Assembly (NCBI GenBank): GCA_951406725.2
Contig: OX597831.1
Span: 72,106,001-72,170,000 of the forward strand
DNA from: Octopus vulgaris
Lineage: Eukaryota
Direction of reading: 5' to 3'
DNA: 64,000 nucleotides
Of this stretch, positions 1 to 14,107 are shown one piece after another. The position numbers and the translations under genes were made by a program. The notes under the pieces were generated by a model that saw only the letters and a program-made list of their open reading frames with translations, was not told where the DNA came from and made no database searches. Every line of letters starts with the position of its first letter. Within the stretch, counting starts at the first letter, position 1.

Positions 1-172
1 ATGCGCTGTTATGGAAAGTCATGCTCTTGATATGAGATCACCATGTTGCACACATATAGTTGTGATGCATGTGCCTAGTGTACCCTTATCAGACGGGTAG
101 CCATGATGGGTATACTGGGCTTCGTATATTTTACCCCAGCGTCACTTTGATGGCATGCACTGCTCTCTCACT
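1..172 (+). mobile_element. 3' end of a non-LTR retroelement running into an (AAT)n tail
   Basis: Unique-looking segment ending ...GCACTGCTCTCTCACTC directly followed by (AAT)n, the same layout as the R4/Dong-type element at 4513-4950. Family not determined. Confidence 0.45.
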
Positions 173-173
173 C

Positions 174-229
<56 letters not shown>

Positions 230-285
230 CAATAATAATTATTATTATAACAACAACAACAACAACAACAACAACATCAACAACA

Positions 286-337
<52 letters not shown>

Positions 338-381
338 CAACAATAATAATAATAATAATAATTATTATAACAACAACAACA

Positions 382-427
<46 letters not shown>

Positions 428-486
428 CAACAATAATAATAATAATTATAACAACAACAACAACAACAACAACAACATCAACAACA

Positions 487-550
<64 letters not shown>

Positions 551-594
551 CAACAATAATAATAATAATAATAATAATTATAACAAAAACAACA

Positions 595-665
<71 letters not shown>
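173..665. repeat. Compound (AAT)n/(AAC)n microsatellite with higher-order repetition
   Basis: Runs of AAT and AAC with recurring TATTAT and AACAGT variants. It produces the false poly-Asn/Ile/Tyr ORFs. Confidence 0.95.
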
Positions 666-729
666 GATAAACGAAAATACAAAATTTACCACTTTTATGA
701 AAGCAGATAAATTCTACCACATATGTTGA

Positions 730-1865
730 AGGAAATTATGTAAATAACATTCTTTGTTTTCTGGTTTGGAGCATAGACAAACAAGTCTTGCAAACTACCT
801 ATCCTGTAGCAACCAACATAAAGCTGACCATGAGAAAAGCAAGCCAGTAGATTTCAAAGACTGACCTTGAGCTTTATTAATAGACATTGCAAAGCAAAGT
901 CACGTTGGGAATTGTGTTCGTTTGAACTCAAATGACATGACTCTTGGTTTGATTGGAATTCTTGGAATGACAGCCTCTTCTCCAGAGGCACATCCAGTGA
1001 TGATGCTAGTTTCTACTACATTAGGTGATAATGTCTTCACAATCAACCTTGTCCCATTGCATAATTTAGGAAGGTCTATATTTCTTAGAAGCATTATTGG
1101 GACTCCTACCTTCAGAAAAAGTTTATGTGGAGGAATTCCTGGTGGCTCAGGGGAATTAAGAAACTCTGTTGGGTAATGGACAGCTTGATTTTCATCAAGG
1201 ACTGAATCAACTGATTTGTACTTCTTAATGACTGTTGGAATCTTATTCATTAACTCATGAATAATCTTTACTACTGTCTCATTTTTTGAAGTAAGAATTG
1301 CCCTTTCACACAACAATTTATGTGACTTATAATTATTACTTCGGTCTGGCAATACCCTGTTCTTCAGTTCAGCTGAGGAATTCACCATGATAGTAATATG
1401 ATCCAAATTGATATCACCATTCCCATTAAATGGTACTTTCCCCATTTCGTAATTGGAGGAGCCAGGTTGAAAACTGTTTTGCACATTGGTCCCCATGTAA
1501 TGAAGCTCACATGTTATTATTGAAGGAGAATTTCTGTACTTTATTCCATAGATGTGAAGACATAATGCATGCTTATATTTTATCAGATCTTGTTTGTCTC
1601 AGAATGACTGGTAATGTCTGTCTGAGGTCTCTTGGTTAAACTAGTGTAACTCCTCCCATAGATTTATTGTTGCCTCTGATGTCCTGTAAGGTTTTACCAA
1701 GAGCTTCCATTGCACCTCTATGTGACATGGTGCATTCATCCCAAATGAAAAGGTGGCAGTGGCACAACACTTCTGCTGAACCTGAATTTTTGCTTATGTT
1801 ACAAATTGGACTGTCACTTGTGACCAGGTTTGTTGGTAATTAAAAAGTAGAATGAGCTGTTCGTT
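730..1865 (-). mobile_element. Helitron PIF1-like helicase fragment (degenerate)
   Basis: ORF 900-1496 has PPGIPPHKLFLKVGVPIMLLRNI..KLCNGTRLIV and IPRIP...FEFKRTQFP. Upstream frames give RTAHSTF and IWDECTMSH, and a downstream frame gives a LYVxxxR-like motif. Stops and frameshifts are present; no Rep domain or termini were seen. Confidence 0.9.
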
Positions 1866-2044
1866 CTCCTGTTTTTTTAATTGTTTTTTTAAGCTGGGCA
1901 CTTATTCTATCGACTCCTTTTTCCGAACCGCTAAGTTATGGGGATATAATCGTACCAACACCGGTTCGTTACACATGCGCGCGCACGTGTGGATTGTGAG
2001 TGGATTTGGTGGACGGAAACTGATAAAAAATCTCGTTCTATGTG

Positions 2045-2078
<34 letters not shown>

Positions 2079-2602
2079 CGTTTGTGTGTGTGTGTGTGTG
2101 TGTGTGTCCGTATTTATCCCCGACCCTGCTTGACAACCGGTGTTGCTGTGTTTACGTCCCCGTAAATTAAAGATTCGGCAAAAGAGAACCGATAGAATAA
2201 ATCCCAGGGTTGAATCATTCGACTAAGCGTTCTTCAAGGAGGTGCTCCAGCATGGCCGCAGTCTAATAACTGAAACAAGTAAAAAATAAAAGATATATAC
2301 TCGACGGGCTTCATTTAGTTTCTGTCTACCAAATCCATTCACAAGACCTTCGTCCGAGACCATAGTAGAAGACACTTGCCCAAGATGCCATGAAGTGGGA
2401 ACGAACCCGAAGCCATGCAAACATGGACACACCTGCACCTGGTAATTGGTAACTGTTTTTATCCATTTCATTGGGATTGGAACTCAGAACGTGGAGGGAT
2501 GAAACAGCATTTTTCAGCTCTTTTAAGCTGGCACTTCACCGTTTCTTCAGTTCCACCACACCTTCAAGTGTGGCAAAACTTCAATGAAATTAAAATATAC
2601 GT

Positions 2603-2657
2603 TCAGACGTTTATGTATGATTGTGCACCCGTGTGTATGTGTGTGCGTGTGTGTGTA

Positions 2658-2700
<43 letters not shown>

Positions 2701-3186
2701 GTGTGTGTATACATGTACGTATATATAAAATATATACATTTGTATGTATATGTAAATAAATAAATACATATATATATACATACATACATACATATAGAAT
2801 ATATACAATTGTATGTGTATATGTAAATATACATTCATATATATATATATACACATATATATATACACACACACACATATATATACATGCACACATATAC
2901 ATACATACAAGCATACATACATAAATACATACATACATACATACATAAATACATTCATACATACATAAATACATATATAGATACATACATACATGCATAC
3001 ATACATAAATACATACAAACATACATACATACATAAATACATACATACATACATACATACATACATACATACATACATAAATACATACATACATACATAC
3101 ATACATACATACATACATACATACTTACATAAATACATACATACATACATACATACATACATACATGCATACATACATACATACAT
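2603..3186. repeat. (GT)n, (TA)n and (TACA)n microsatellite block
   Basis: Direct inspection. Similar blocks occur at 6131-6228 (GATA), 8238-8433, 12099-12628, 46897-47203 and 50350-50560. Confidence 0.95.
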
Positions 3187-3995
3187 TACATGTAAGCAAA
3201 AGTCAAGTTATATCACATTCCCCCACAACGGAGCAGTAGTTACTTGTCTATGAAGTAAAAGTAAATAAATGAGGGCCACTTCTTTCAAGCAGACAGTGAC
3301 AAGCCAGACACCGGACGCAGTTGAAACACATTAAATACTTAGATATTTCTAAAATGGTTAGAAACACTCGAAAGAAATTTACTGACATTGAATTGACTCG
3401 CGGAAGTTTATTCTAATTTGAAGCCCAAGGAATCTGATAGCAGAGGAGAAAAACAAGAAAAAGAAATACCGGAAAGCGTGCTAAATGCAGTATTTACAAC
3501 GCTGCTGATTGAAATACTTCTAAACGTTTGAAAATGGATCTACCATCGTTCTAAGCCAACATGAGTCAATGGAGAAGCCTCTATGTGGTCACTTGACCTT
3601 CTAGATATGGCAGCCAAATCTCTCTCAAATTATACTCTTTTTTTTTTCTCATCTGATATAAAACTATGTTCTGTCTTTTACGTCTTTCAGTCATTGGACT
3701 GCAGCCATATATATATACATTGTATATATATATATTTTTGTTTTTGTTTTGTTTTTCAGTTTCAGCTCTTGAGCTGTGGCCATGCTGGGGCACCGCCATT
3801 GTGGTGAAAGAGTACAGCAGGGATCACCACCCCCTGCCGGAGCCTCGTAGAGCTTTTAGGTGTTTTCGCTCAATAAACACACACAACGCCCGGTCTGAGA
3901 ATCGAAACCGCGATCCTGCGACCGCGAGTCCGCTGCCCTAACCACTAGGCCATTGCGCCTTCTCATATAAAATACCTGTACATCATCCCCAAACC

Positions 3996-4036
<41 letters not shown>

Positions 4037-4125
4037 TTTTATTATCGATCAACATGAATGGAAATTATAGCTGTGATACCAGTGCTGGTGGCATATCCGA
4101 ATGTGGCCATTGCCAGTGCCGCCCT

Positions 4126-4172
<47 letters not shown>

Positions 4173-4195
4173 TATATATATGTTTATATATATAT

Positions 4196-4233
<38 letters not shown>

Positions 4234-4509
4234 GACGGGCATCTTTCATTTTCCGTCTACCAAATCTACTCACAAGGCTTTGATCGACCCGAGGCAATAG
4301 TAGAAGACACTTGCCCAAGGTACCATGCAGTAGGAACGAACGTGGAACCATGTGGTCCTGCGCCTATACACATACATACATACATACATACATACATTGT
4401 CTACATACATACATACATACATACATACATACATACATACATACATACATACATACATACGTTTGTATGTGTGTATACACCTAGGGTGAGCCAAAAGTTG
4501 CGCACCAAA

Positions 4510-4512
<3 letters not shown>

Positions 4513-4549
<37 letters not shown>

Positions 4550-4950
4550 TAGTTTTATTTTTTATAGCGTGCTTTCACTTCACTACTGGGCACAGCTCTG
4601 TGTGCCTTGAGTATGTGCTGTGATTTGTTGTGATGTTCTGATGGTTATTGTTTGGAAAGTGTTTTGCGTAGGATGTGTGCAGTGCCTAGTAGTGCAATTT
4701 TCTGTATGTTATATGTGTTTGTAAGTCCTGGTGTTTTTGTTATGTATTTGTCTGAATATTTTTTTATCATGCCTAATGCACCTACTATGATAGGAATTGT
4801 TTCTGCTTTTAGATTCCACATTCTTGTTACCTCTATTTCCAGGTCTTTGTATTTTGAGAGTTTCTCCATTTCTTTTAGAGACACGTTGTCATCAGCCGGT
4901 ATTGATACATCAATTAGAAAGCATTTTTTTTCTTCATGATCTTTGACAAC
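4513..4950 (-). mobile_element. 5'-truncated R4/Dong-clade non-LTR retrotransposon (restriction-like endonuclease C-terminus and 3' UTR) in a (TAA)n tract
   Basis: KKCFLIDVSIPADDNVSLKEMEKLSKYKDLEIEVTRMW...IPIIVGALG...IQKIALLGTAHILRKTL is an RLE domain. It is flanked by (TAA)n on both sides, consistent with the known TAA preference of Dong elements. Confidence 0.88.
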
Positions 4951-5014
<64 letters not shown>

Positions 5015-5285
5015 GTTGTTGTTGTTGTTGTTGTTGTTGTTATCATCATCATCATCATCATCATTATTAATATTAAGGTGGCGAGTTAGCAGAATCGTTA
5101 GCACGTTGGACGAAATGCTTAGCGGTATTTCGACCGTCGCTACGTTCTGAGTTCAAATTCCGCGAAGGTCGGCTTTGCCTTTCGTCCTTTCGGAGTCGAT
5201 ACGATAAGTACCAGCTGAACACTGGGGTCGATGTAATCGATTCATCCTCTCCCCCATAATTGCTGCCCTTGTGGCAAAATTTGAA

Positions 5286-5324
<39 letters not shown>

Positions 5325-5418
5325 CATTTACTTTATTCAATTTTAGAAAAATTGAAGCATGTCTGACAATTCCAGAGCGTATTGAACATACTTTGTGCGT
5401 GATTTTTAACCCACTTTG

Positions 5419-5459
<41 letters not shown>

Positions 5460-6129
5460 CTTCAATCATTTGACATGCTGGAGCACCGTCATTAGTCGAG
5501 CAAATCGACCCCAGGACTTATTCTTTGTGAGCCTAGTACTTATTCTATCGGTCTCTCTTGCCGAACCGCTAAGTTACGAGGACGTAAACACACTAGCATC
5601 GGTTGTCAAGCGATGTTGGGGGCACAAACACAGACACACTAACATATATATATACGACGGGCTTCTTTCAATTTCCGTCTACCAAATCCACTTACAAGGT
5701 TTTGGTCGGCCCGAGGGTATAGTAGAAGACACTTGCACAAGGTGCCACGCAGTGGGACTGAACCCAGAACCATGTGGTTGGTAAACAAGATACTTTCACA
5801 CAGTTTTCGTTTCCAAAATTCAAGAAGAGAAGGAAAGAGGAAGAGTTGCCCATTAATTTTGTTAGAGTTGGACTATCCTGCGTTTAAACAACAACTACAG
5901 ACTAAATTTTACAACTCCTGGGTGTTTCGAGAAACATTAAGACTGCAAAGTGAGAAGGTTTCATATTACATCTTGATCAGCTATGTCGCTCAGAAAGAAT
6001 AACATGAACCGACGAAGGGAAATGTGAAAAGTCGATCGAGTGTAAGAGAAACCTTTCCTTAGAAGGTTACAGGAAATTGCAATAGAAGCAGATGTGAATA
6101 GACGGATAGATAGGTAGGTAGTCAAGCAA

Positions 6130-6229
<100 letters not shown>

Positions 6230-6399
6230 GTTGAAAAGTAAGCTACGTTGCATTTTTTACATTATCACTCAAAGGGTACTTATTCTGTAAAAGTACCCTC
6301 AGAGTTAAATAACATTAAGTTTTACATTCATATGCTTTTTCGTTCTTTGCATATATTTTCATACCATAAAAGGTTAAATTCGTATCGATTTTACCTTTT

Positions 6400-7890
6400 T
6401 CAAATGAGTTTAGATCAGACACCCATATCAGACACAGCATGCTATATAAATTGAAAACGGGCTCTCGAACTGTAGAGGCGCAAGAAATATTCATCCCTTC
6501 TGTGGAAATGAATCTTTAGAGTTCGGACATTCCAGTGATGATTTGGCCGGTTTCGCTCGGGAAATATTTCACAGATTCCTCTCATTCTGAATGACCAATT
6601 TCTGTCAATACTGAGCTTCTGAAAACTGCAGTTGAGGAAAATTCAAAGCAAACTGCCCGAGAATGAGCATAGCAGTTTACTTCAATTTGCACTTCCGTCA
6701 CGAAACACCTTTTGAACAAGAAAAGTATCTAAATTTTGTTATGGAGTCACTGACAGTCAGGTGGTGACCTTACAGTTTATCAGCCTAATCAAAGAGTTCC
6801 TCTCTGCTCTTCATTGAAGTGCAGACTTGCTGCTAAACATTTCCCGGGCGAAATCATAACAAGTAATGAAAAGCGGGTTCCCTGTTACCATATCCAACGA
6901 AAACGACAATAGTTAGCACTCAATAAAACAAAGGGGAAACCATCTCCAAACCAAAACTACATTTGAAAAAAAAGTTGTGTTTTATGTTTGGAGGCATGTA
7001 AAGTGTATTGTCTATCATGAAGTATTAAACCAAAACGAAATTAGTTAATGCAGAAAGGTATTGTTATCAACTAGGAATATTGCATGAAAATTTGCAGAAA
7101 AGGCACCAATCATTGGTCAATCACAAAATGGTGTTACTATTAGACGATAACGTAAGACCACATATTTCTCGAGTCACATAGTAAAAAGATTATTGTTCTA
7201 AATATGGATGCTTTACTGCACTCCCCTGCTCTTCCGGCCTTGCTTCACCTAACTATCATGTTTTCAGATCACTTTACAGGTCCTTTTAAAGCAAAGGCGG
7301 CGAGTTGGCAGAATCGTTAGCACACCGTGCGAAATGCCTAGCAGTATTTCGTCTGCCGCTACGTTCTGAGTTCAAATTCTACCGAGGTCGACTTTGCCTT
7401 TCATCCTTTCGGGGTCGATTAAATAAGTACCGGTTACGCATTGGGGTCGATGTAATCGACTTAATCCGTTTGTCTGTGCTTGCTTGTCCCCTCAATGTGT
7501 GTGGCCCCTTGTGGGCAATAAAGAAATAAAAATCGTTAGAACACCGAGCAAAATGCTAAGCGGCATTAAGTCCGTTTTTACGTTCTCAGTTCAAATTCCG
7601 CTGAGGACGACTTTGCCTTTCACCCTTCAGGAAACGATCAAATAAGTACCAGTCGATATAAGTAAATTACCCTTCCACCATACTTGCTGGCTTTGTGTCA
7701 AAATTTGAAACCAATTTTATTTAGAACGAAAATAGTTTATCGAATGTGAAGATGTCAAAAATGATGTTGAGTATATTTTTCTATTGACTTTTGGGGGTTT
7801 TTTTTTTGCTTCCAAACCTTCGCCCGAGGGATCAATAATTTGCCAAATAGAGGGGATTGTTATCAAGAGGAAATATTAACTTGATGAAAT
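6400..7890 (+). mobile_element. Degenerate mariner transposase relic interrupted by nested SINEs (about 7295-7712)
   Basis: Broken frames give HIRHSMLY, IITSNEKRV (TGDEKW-like), LLLDDNVRPH (HDNARPH-like) and an SPDLA-like region followed by YHVFRSL. Confidence 0.75.
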
Positions 7891-8054
7891 ATATCAATTA
7901 AGACCAAAGAAGCATTTGTTTCTTTTCCTTTTTGAAAGGCGACAGGGGCTTCTTTCCAAACTAATACAGAGATGTGATTCATAAAAAGAGAAGCAGGCAG
8001 ATGAAGAGACAGTGGGGAGAGAGAGAAAGAAAGCAATATACCTACACATATGCG

Positions 8055-8105
<51 letters not shown>

Positions 8106-8236
8106 CGAGAAAAGCAGATTCTGATCTTGTGATTGTTATAGCCCACAAGTGAGAAAGAATTCAGTATTAAAAATGTGTGTGTATTCGTGAGTGTATGGGG
8201 TGTGTATATGTATTTATATCTATATCTTTATCTCTT

Positions 8237-8329
<93 letters not shown>

Positions 8330-8353
8330 ATATATATATATGTATATATACAA

Positions 8354-8399
<46 letters not shown>

Positions 8400-8430
8400 A
8401 TATAAAGATATATATGTATATATATATATA

Positions 8431-9539
8431 TATAATAACAATTTAATAAATAAAACATATGCATACATACATACATATATGTACATACCTACATCTATAT
8501 GTATATATACATGCATATATGAGTACAGGACACCACAAATAAACGTAGAACACAACGAGAAACGAAAACATAAAATCAAACAAGGAAACGGACTTTTTTA
8601 ACAACGAAAAAACAGAGTACAAGACAAACAATACAAGGAACATTCCCCTTCTTCAGCTGCCCCTGTTTCGACTCAATGCGTGTTTCGAAGGAAAGAGCAG
8701 AACACGGCCAGGCCGAAGCAGTCTTTCCCGCAAAATGAATTAAATAAAAAAATTTTGCGGAGGGGTAAAAAAAGTGACAAAAACAGGACGTAAAAGCAAT
8801 AGAAATGGAGAAAAAAACAATACAAATAAAGATAAAAACAGTAAAAGACAGGACAAGGAAACCAACAATAAGGGCTATTTTTTAAGCCTAGACGGTGGAA
8901 AAATTCGTTAGAACGCATTCTGAAGATCGGCTGCGGAAGAGAGAAAAAGACCGATGTTGCCTCGTTGAAAGCTGTGGGCAGAAAGAAAGTTAGTAGCCGT
9001 CCGGTCAGAGACGAGAGAGAGGAGAAGAAGTGATAGAGAGAGAGGGGGAGGAGGAGTGAGAGAGAGAGGAGAAGAAACCAGAAAGGGTGAAAAATAAGAA
9101 GGAGAGAAACAGGTAGAGAGGAAGACAGACAGGGAGGAAAGGTCAAGTAAAGAGTTAAGAGTGCGCGTCATAATTATTGAAATAAAACTTACTTGGAGAA
9201 GAAAACGACGCGAGCGTGCAATCATATAATAACAATTTAATAGATAAAACATATGCATACATACATACATACATATATGTACATACCTACATCTATATGT
9301 ATATATACATGCATATATGAGTACAGGACACCACAAATAAACGTAGAATACAACGAGAAACGAAAACATAAAATCAAACAAGGAAACGAACTTTTTTTAA
9401 CAACGAAAAAACAGAGTACAAGACAAACAATACAAGGAACATTCCCTTACTTCAGCTGCCCCTGTTTCGACTCATTGCGTGTTTCGAAGGTAAGGGCAGA
9501 ACACGGCCAGGCCGAAGCAATCCTTCCTGCAAAATGAAT
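8431..9539. mobile_element. Partial tandem (about 310 bp direct repeats, about 795 bp period) of a probable Penelope-like pLTR in a (TA)n tract
   Basis: 8431-8740 is nearly identical to 9224-9539. TA runs flank both ends. There is no ORF, so the PLE assignment is inferred from structure only. Confidence 0.55.
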
Positions 9540-9644
9540 ATATATATATATATATATAGGCGCAGGAGTGGCTGTGTTAAATAGGTGGCTGACCAACCAC
9601 ATGGTTCCGGGTTCAGTTCCACTGCGCGGCAACTTGAGCAAGTG

Positions 9645-9694
<50 letters not shown>

Positions 9695-9914
9695 GTGTGT
9701 ATGTGTGTGTTTGTGTGCTAGGCTTACAAAGATTTGCTTGACTAAAGGCGGTGCTCCAGCATGGTCGCGGTCAAATGACTGAAAGAAGAGTAAAAAATAA
9801 AAGAATGTATACACACACACATATATGTGTGTGTGTATCTCTCTCTCCCCATATATATGTATGTATGCATGGATATATATATATATATATACACACGAGG
9901 GCGAAAGGGAAAAC

Positions 9915-10124
9915 AGGAAAGTTTCTGACAAAGTATAAAGTTTCACAAAACCTTTACATTTCAGGCTCAAAGGCCCATCCTCAGAAGAAAAACTGTCTGG
10001 GAAATGTCTAGTTATAAAGTCTCCGTATAACTAGATATTTCCCAGACAATTTTTCTGAGGATGGGCCTTTGAGTCTGAAATGTAAAGGTTTTGTGAAACT
10101 TTACGCATTGTCAGAAACTTTCCT
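9915..10124. repeat. Long inverted repeat (about 100 bp arms, 9 nt loop) with a degenerate hammerhead motif in each arm
   Basis: AGGAAAGTTTCTGACA...CTAGTTATA-aagtctccg-TATAACTAG...TGTCAGAAACTTTCCT. CTGAGGA-stem-GAAATGTA lies at 10055-10084. Confidence 0.85.
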
Positions 10125-10445
10125 ATATTCCATTTTTTCTTCTCCTTCCTGGATACTACGATGCTTCAAGTAAACTACAACGCTATTATATTATATGTGT
10201 GGGTGGGTGTGGGTGGGCATGGAGGGATGGGAGTGGGGTGGGATGGGTGTGTGTGTATTATCTTTTGTCTTTTACTTATTTGAGTTATCAAAATGAGTCA
10301 ATGCTGGAGAACTGCCTTGAAGAACTTTTAGTCGAATGAATCGACTCTGGTACTGACCTTATCGGGCACATTTCTTGAACCGCAGTGTTGGGGACGTAAA
10401 CACGCCAACACTGGTCGTCAAGGGACACAAAGAAATACATCATAT

Positions 10446-10518
<73 letters not shown>

Positions 10519-10769
10519 GTGGAGGCGCGTTGCTTAGTGGTTAGGATGTCAGCATCATGATCGTAAGATTGTGGTTTCGATTCCTGGACCGGGCGACGCG
10601 TTATGTTCTTGAGCAAAACACTTCATTTCACGTTGCTGGCAAAAATGTCCACTCAGCTGGCAAAAATGAGTAACGCTGCGATGGACTGACGTCCAGTCCA
10701 GCTGGGTTACACATACACCATGGAAACCGATAAACCGGGCCCATGAGCCTGGCTAGGCTTTAAAAATGG

Positions 10770-10775
<6 letters not shown>
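10519..10775 (+). mobile_element. tRNA-derived SINE (family E)
   Basis: A-box-like TTGCTTAGTGG and B-box-like GGTTTCGATTCC, followed by a CTTGAGCAAAACACTT central domain. Flanked by TA runs. Confidence 0.7.
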
Positions 10776-10827
<52 letters not shown>

Positions 10828-10960
10828 CGGGCTTCTTTCAATTTCCGTTTACCAGATCCTCTCGCAAAGCATTGGTCAGGCGCAGCGGGGATGAAGCCGG
10901 AACGATATGATTGGGGAGCAAGCTTTTTCCCACACAGCCACATACACGCACATATATAAG

Positions 10961-10992
<32 letters not shown>

Positions 10993-11013
10993 CATACATA
11001 TATACATATATAC

Positions 11014-11127
<114 letters not shown>

Positions 11128-11321
11128 AATACATTGAGGCGCAGGCGTGGTTGTGTGATAAGAAGCTTGTTTCCCAACCACATTGTTCTGGGTTCAGTCC
11201 CACTGCGTGGCACCTTGGGCAGCTGTCTTCCACTATAGGTTCAGACCAACCAAAGCCTTGTGAGTGGATTTATTTGACAGAAACTGAAAGGAGCCTGTCG
11301 TGTATATAAATATGTGTGTGT

Positions 11322-11369
<48 letters not shown>

Positions 11370-11670
11370 TTGTATGTTTGTGTCCATGTTTGTCCCCCCC
11401 CAACCCGCCATAGCTTGACAACCGATGCTGGTGTGTTTATGTCCCCGTAAGAGACCGATAAAAGTAAATACTACGCTTACAAAGAATAAGTCCTGGAGTC
11501 AATTTCTTCGACTTGAAACACTTTAAGGCAGTGCTCCAGCATAGCCGCAGTCAAATGACTGAAACAAGTAAAAGAAAATATATATACATTTATATTATTC
11601 TTGTGTGTGTGTGTGTTTGTGTAAATATGTATGTATATATATCTCCATGTATGTGTGTGCGTGTGTGTGT

Positions 11671-11714
<44 letters not shown>

Positions 11715-12178
11715 AAGAAAATTTAGTGAGGAAGTGAAAGAGAGAAAGAAAAAGTGAGAGGAAAAGAGGAAGCAACATCTTAAACTTGCAACGTCATCAC
11801 TTTCTGCAACCCCCCAATACATCCACCCTCCACAGACGGAGATCTCCAACTCATCTGGCAGGCAATACAGTCAACTTCAACAACAACAACAACAATAACA
11901 AGATCAGAACAGACGTTACTCGTCGTTGAGTATGAAAGCCGCAAATATTACATCCAGGTGGAGCTTTGTCTGCTGGGATATTTACTGGAGAGGGCGGAGT
12001 GTTTCTGGTGTGAAACCTTCCATCTGTAGCATCAAACAATCACATCACTCATCTACAAACATTCAGAAGGGGGAAGCCACTCGCGAGTGTGCGCGAACAT
12101 ACATACATACATACGTACATACATGCATGCATGCATACATACACACATACATACATACATGCATGCATGCATGCATAC

Positions 12179-12209
<31 letters not shown>

Positions 12210-12597
12210 CATACGTACGTACATACATACATACATACATACGTACATGCATACATACATACATACATACATACATACATACATACATACATACATTCAT
12301 ACATACATACATGCATACATACATGCATACATACATGCATGCATACATACATACATGCATACATACATGCATGCATACATACATACATACATGCATGCAT
12401 GCATACATACATACATACATGCATACATACATACATACATACATACATACATGCATGCATACATACATACATACATACATACATACATACATGCATGCAT
12501 GCATGCATGCATGCATACATACATACATACATACATACATACATACATACATACATACATACATACATACATTCATACATATATATATATATATACA

Positions 12598-12629
<32 letters not shown>

Positions 12630-12631
<2 letters not shown>

Positions 12632-13874
12632 TAGGTGAATGAATTATCATAGTATGGATAATTCGATTAATCGATACCTGAGTAGCAAATTCACGTCAGT
12701 AAAACACGGTTGAAGCAACATGCCAAGGCCAGAACCCCGTGTTTGTGTGTGGGAATTTGTGTGATTTTTTTATATGAATAAATGAAAAGAATGGAGTCGA
12801 ACGAAGATTTTAACAAAATTTCTTTACTTTCGACATATGTTTCGAAGACCGCACACTCTTAATTCTGAAGGAATGAAGGTTGCATTATGCCGTCTTCTCA
12901 TCAGGAAATACAAGGAACCTCTCTCAGCCTCAAGACGGACAAAAGCTTCTTAATAACTGCCTACATGATTTCCACAGTAATAATGAGTAATTATTTAAAA
13001 TAATCCGTTATAAGCTATGACGTCAAAATTAGTTGGAAGGAGGAAGTTTTTTTTTAAATAGGAAGGGGACAGTATGTATGCTGTATATATGGGGATTGAC
13101 GGGTGTATGCTTTCGTTAATGAATTTGATTGTTTATGTGTGTGTATGAGTGTGTGTATATAACTGCATCTGCGTCTGTGTCTGTGTGTTTGCAAATGTAT
13201 GTGTGGAGGGGACAATTGTCAAAAACTATTTAGTATTAATGTGAGAAATTTGTGTCTGTGTGTTTGATCGTGCGTATGATAGAGAGAGAGAGAGAGGGAG
13301 GGGTGAGGTAGAGAGAAAGAGATAAAAATACTCCTACTATATATAGTATTATTGTTTGATGTAACAGAATAGAGAAGAAGAATATGTCTACGGTAGTGGT
13401 GTAGACGTGAAAGTAATTATTAAAACCAAAGAGGTTATCTGTATTATTTATCATTTATATGAATTAAAGGTGTGTTTTTGCCAATGCTTACATCTAAAGG
13501 ATTTTTCTATTATAGTGTTTATCAAGGGGAATTTGGCGAAAAGTATATAGAAGAATTCAGAATTACAAATTCCACAATATTTCCTGCCCTTATCAAAAGG
13601 AAAGGATACAGATAATATGGACCAATCCAGCTTGAAAGTTATATTCTTGTCCTTGAGACGCCAAACTAATTTACTTACCCCTGTACTATGTTGTTTTCTC
13701 TTATCTCGGAAAGTTGAATAATGATTGGAAATTCTCTGGGATAATGGAGAAGTTGTCGCACCAATATAGAAGAAGACATCGGTACCGTAAGAAATTTTAC
13801 ACTGGTAATTGGAATTTTTAATTTTGGAATTACTGGACAAGAACTCTAATCTGTTAGGGTTTTCCTCCGAGATC

Positions 13875-13875
<1 letters not shown>
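12630..13875 (-). mobile_element. Penelope-like element, 3' portion: GIY-YIG endonuclease C-terminus and hammerhead-bearing 3' repeat
   Basis: ORF 13451-13909 reads YQCKI...FYIGAT...QRISNH...CGICNSE...LIN...CKH, a PLE GIY-YIG domain with a C-terminal Cys/His motif. A type I hammerhead lies about 550 nt downstream on the same strand. Confidence 0.85.
12825..12910 (-). ncRNA. Type I hammerhead ribozyme, canonical core
   Basis: tatttc-CTGATGA-GAAGACGGCATA...TGTGCGGTCTTC-GAAAC-ATAT-GTC-gaaagta. Stem II is 12 bp with one mismatch, stem I is TTTC/GAAA, and the cleavage triplet is GUC. Confidence 0.85.
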
Positions 13876-13946
<71 letters not shown>

Positions 13947-14107
13947 TGAGAAAGTTGGTTTGTGAAAGCAGGTGGTTGAATATATAGAAAATAGTAAAAA
14001 GTGAAAAAACTACAGAAGGCTTGTTTTAAAAGGTTAAAAAATATATATCTGAGTCAATATGTCTGAAGAATGTTATAAATTTTTTTCTTACAATGACATA
14101 AGTTTAG

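Noticed and set aside
69-720. Poly-Asn, poly-Ile and poly-Tyr ORFs, and all YI, CV, HT and MYVC ORFs across the window
   Set aside because: They are translations of (AAT)n, (TA)n, (CA)n and (TACA)n microsatellites that lack stop codons in some frames.
730-1865. A host PIF1 helicase gene
   Set aside because: It is intronless, has stops and frameshifts, shows Helitron-type motifs and is truncated by a SINE.
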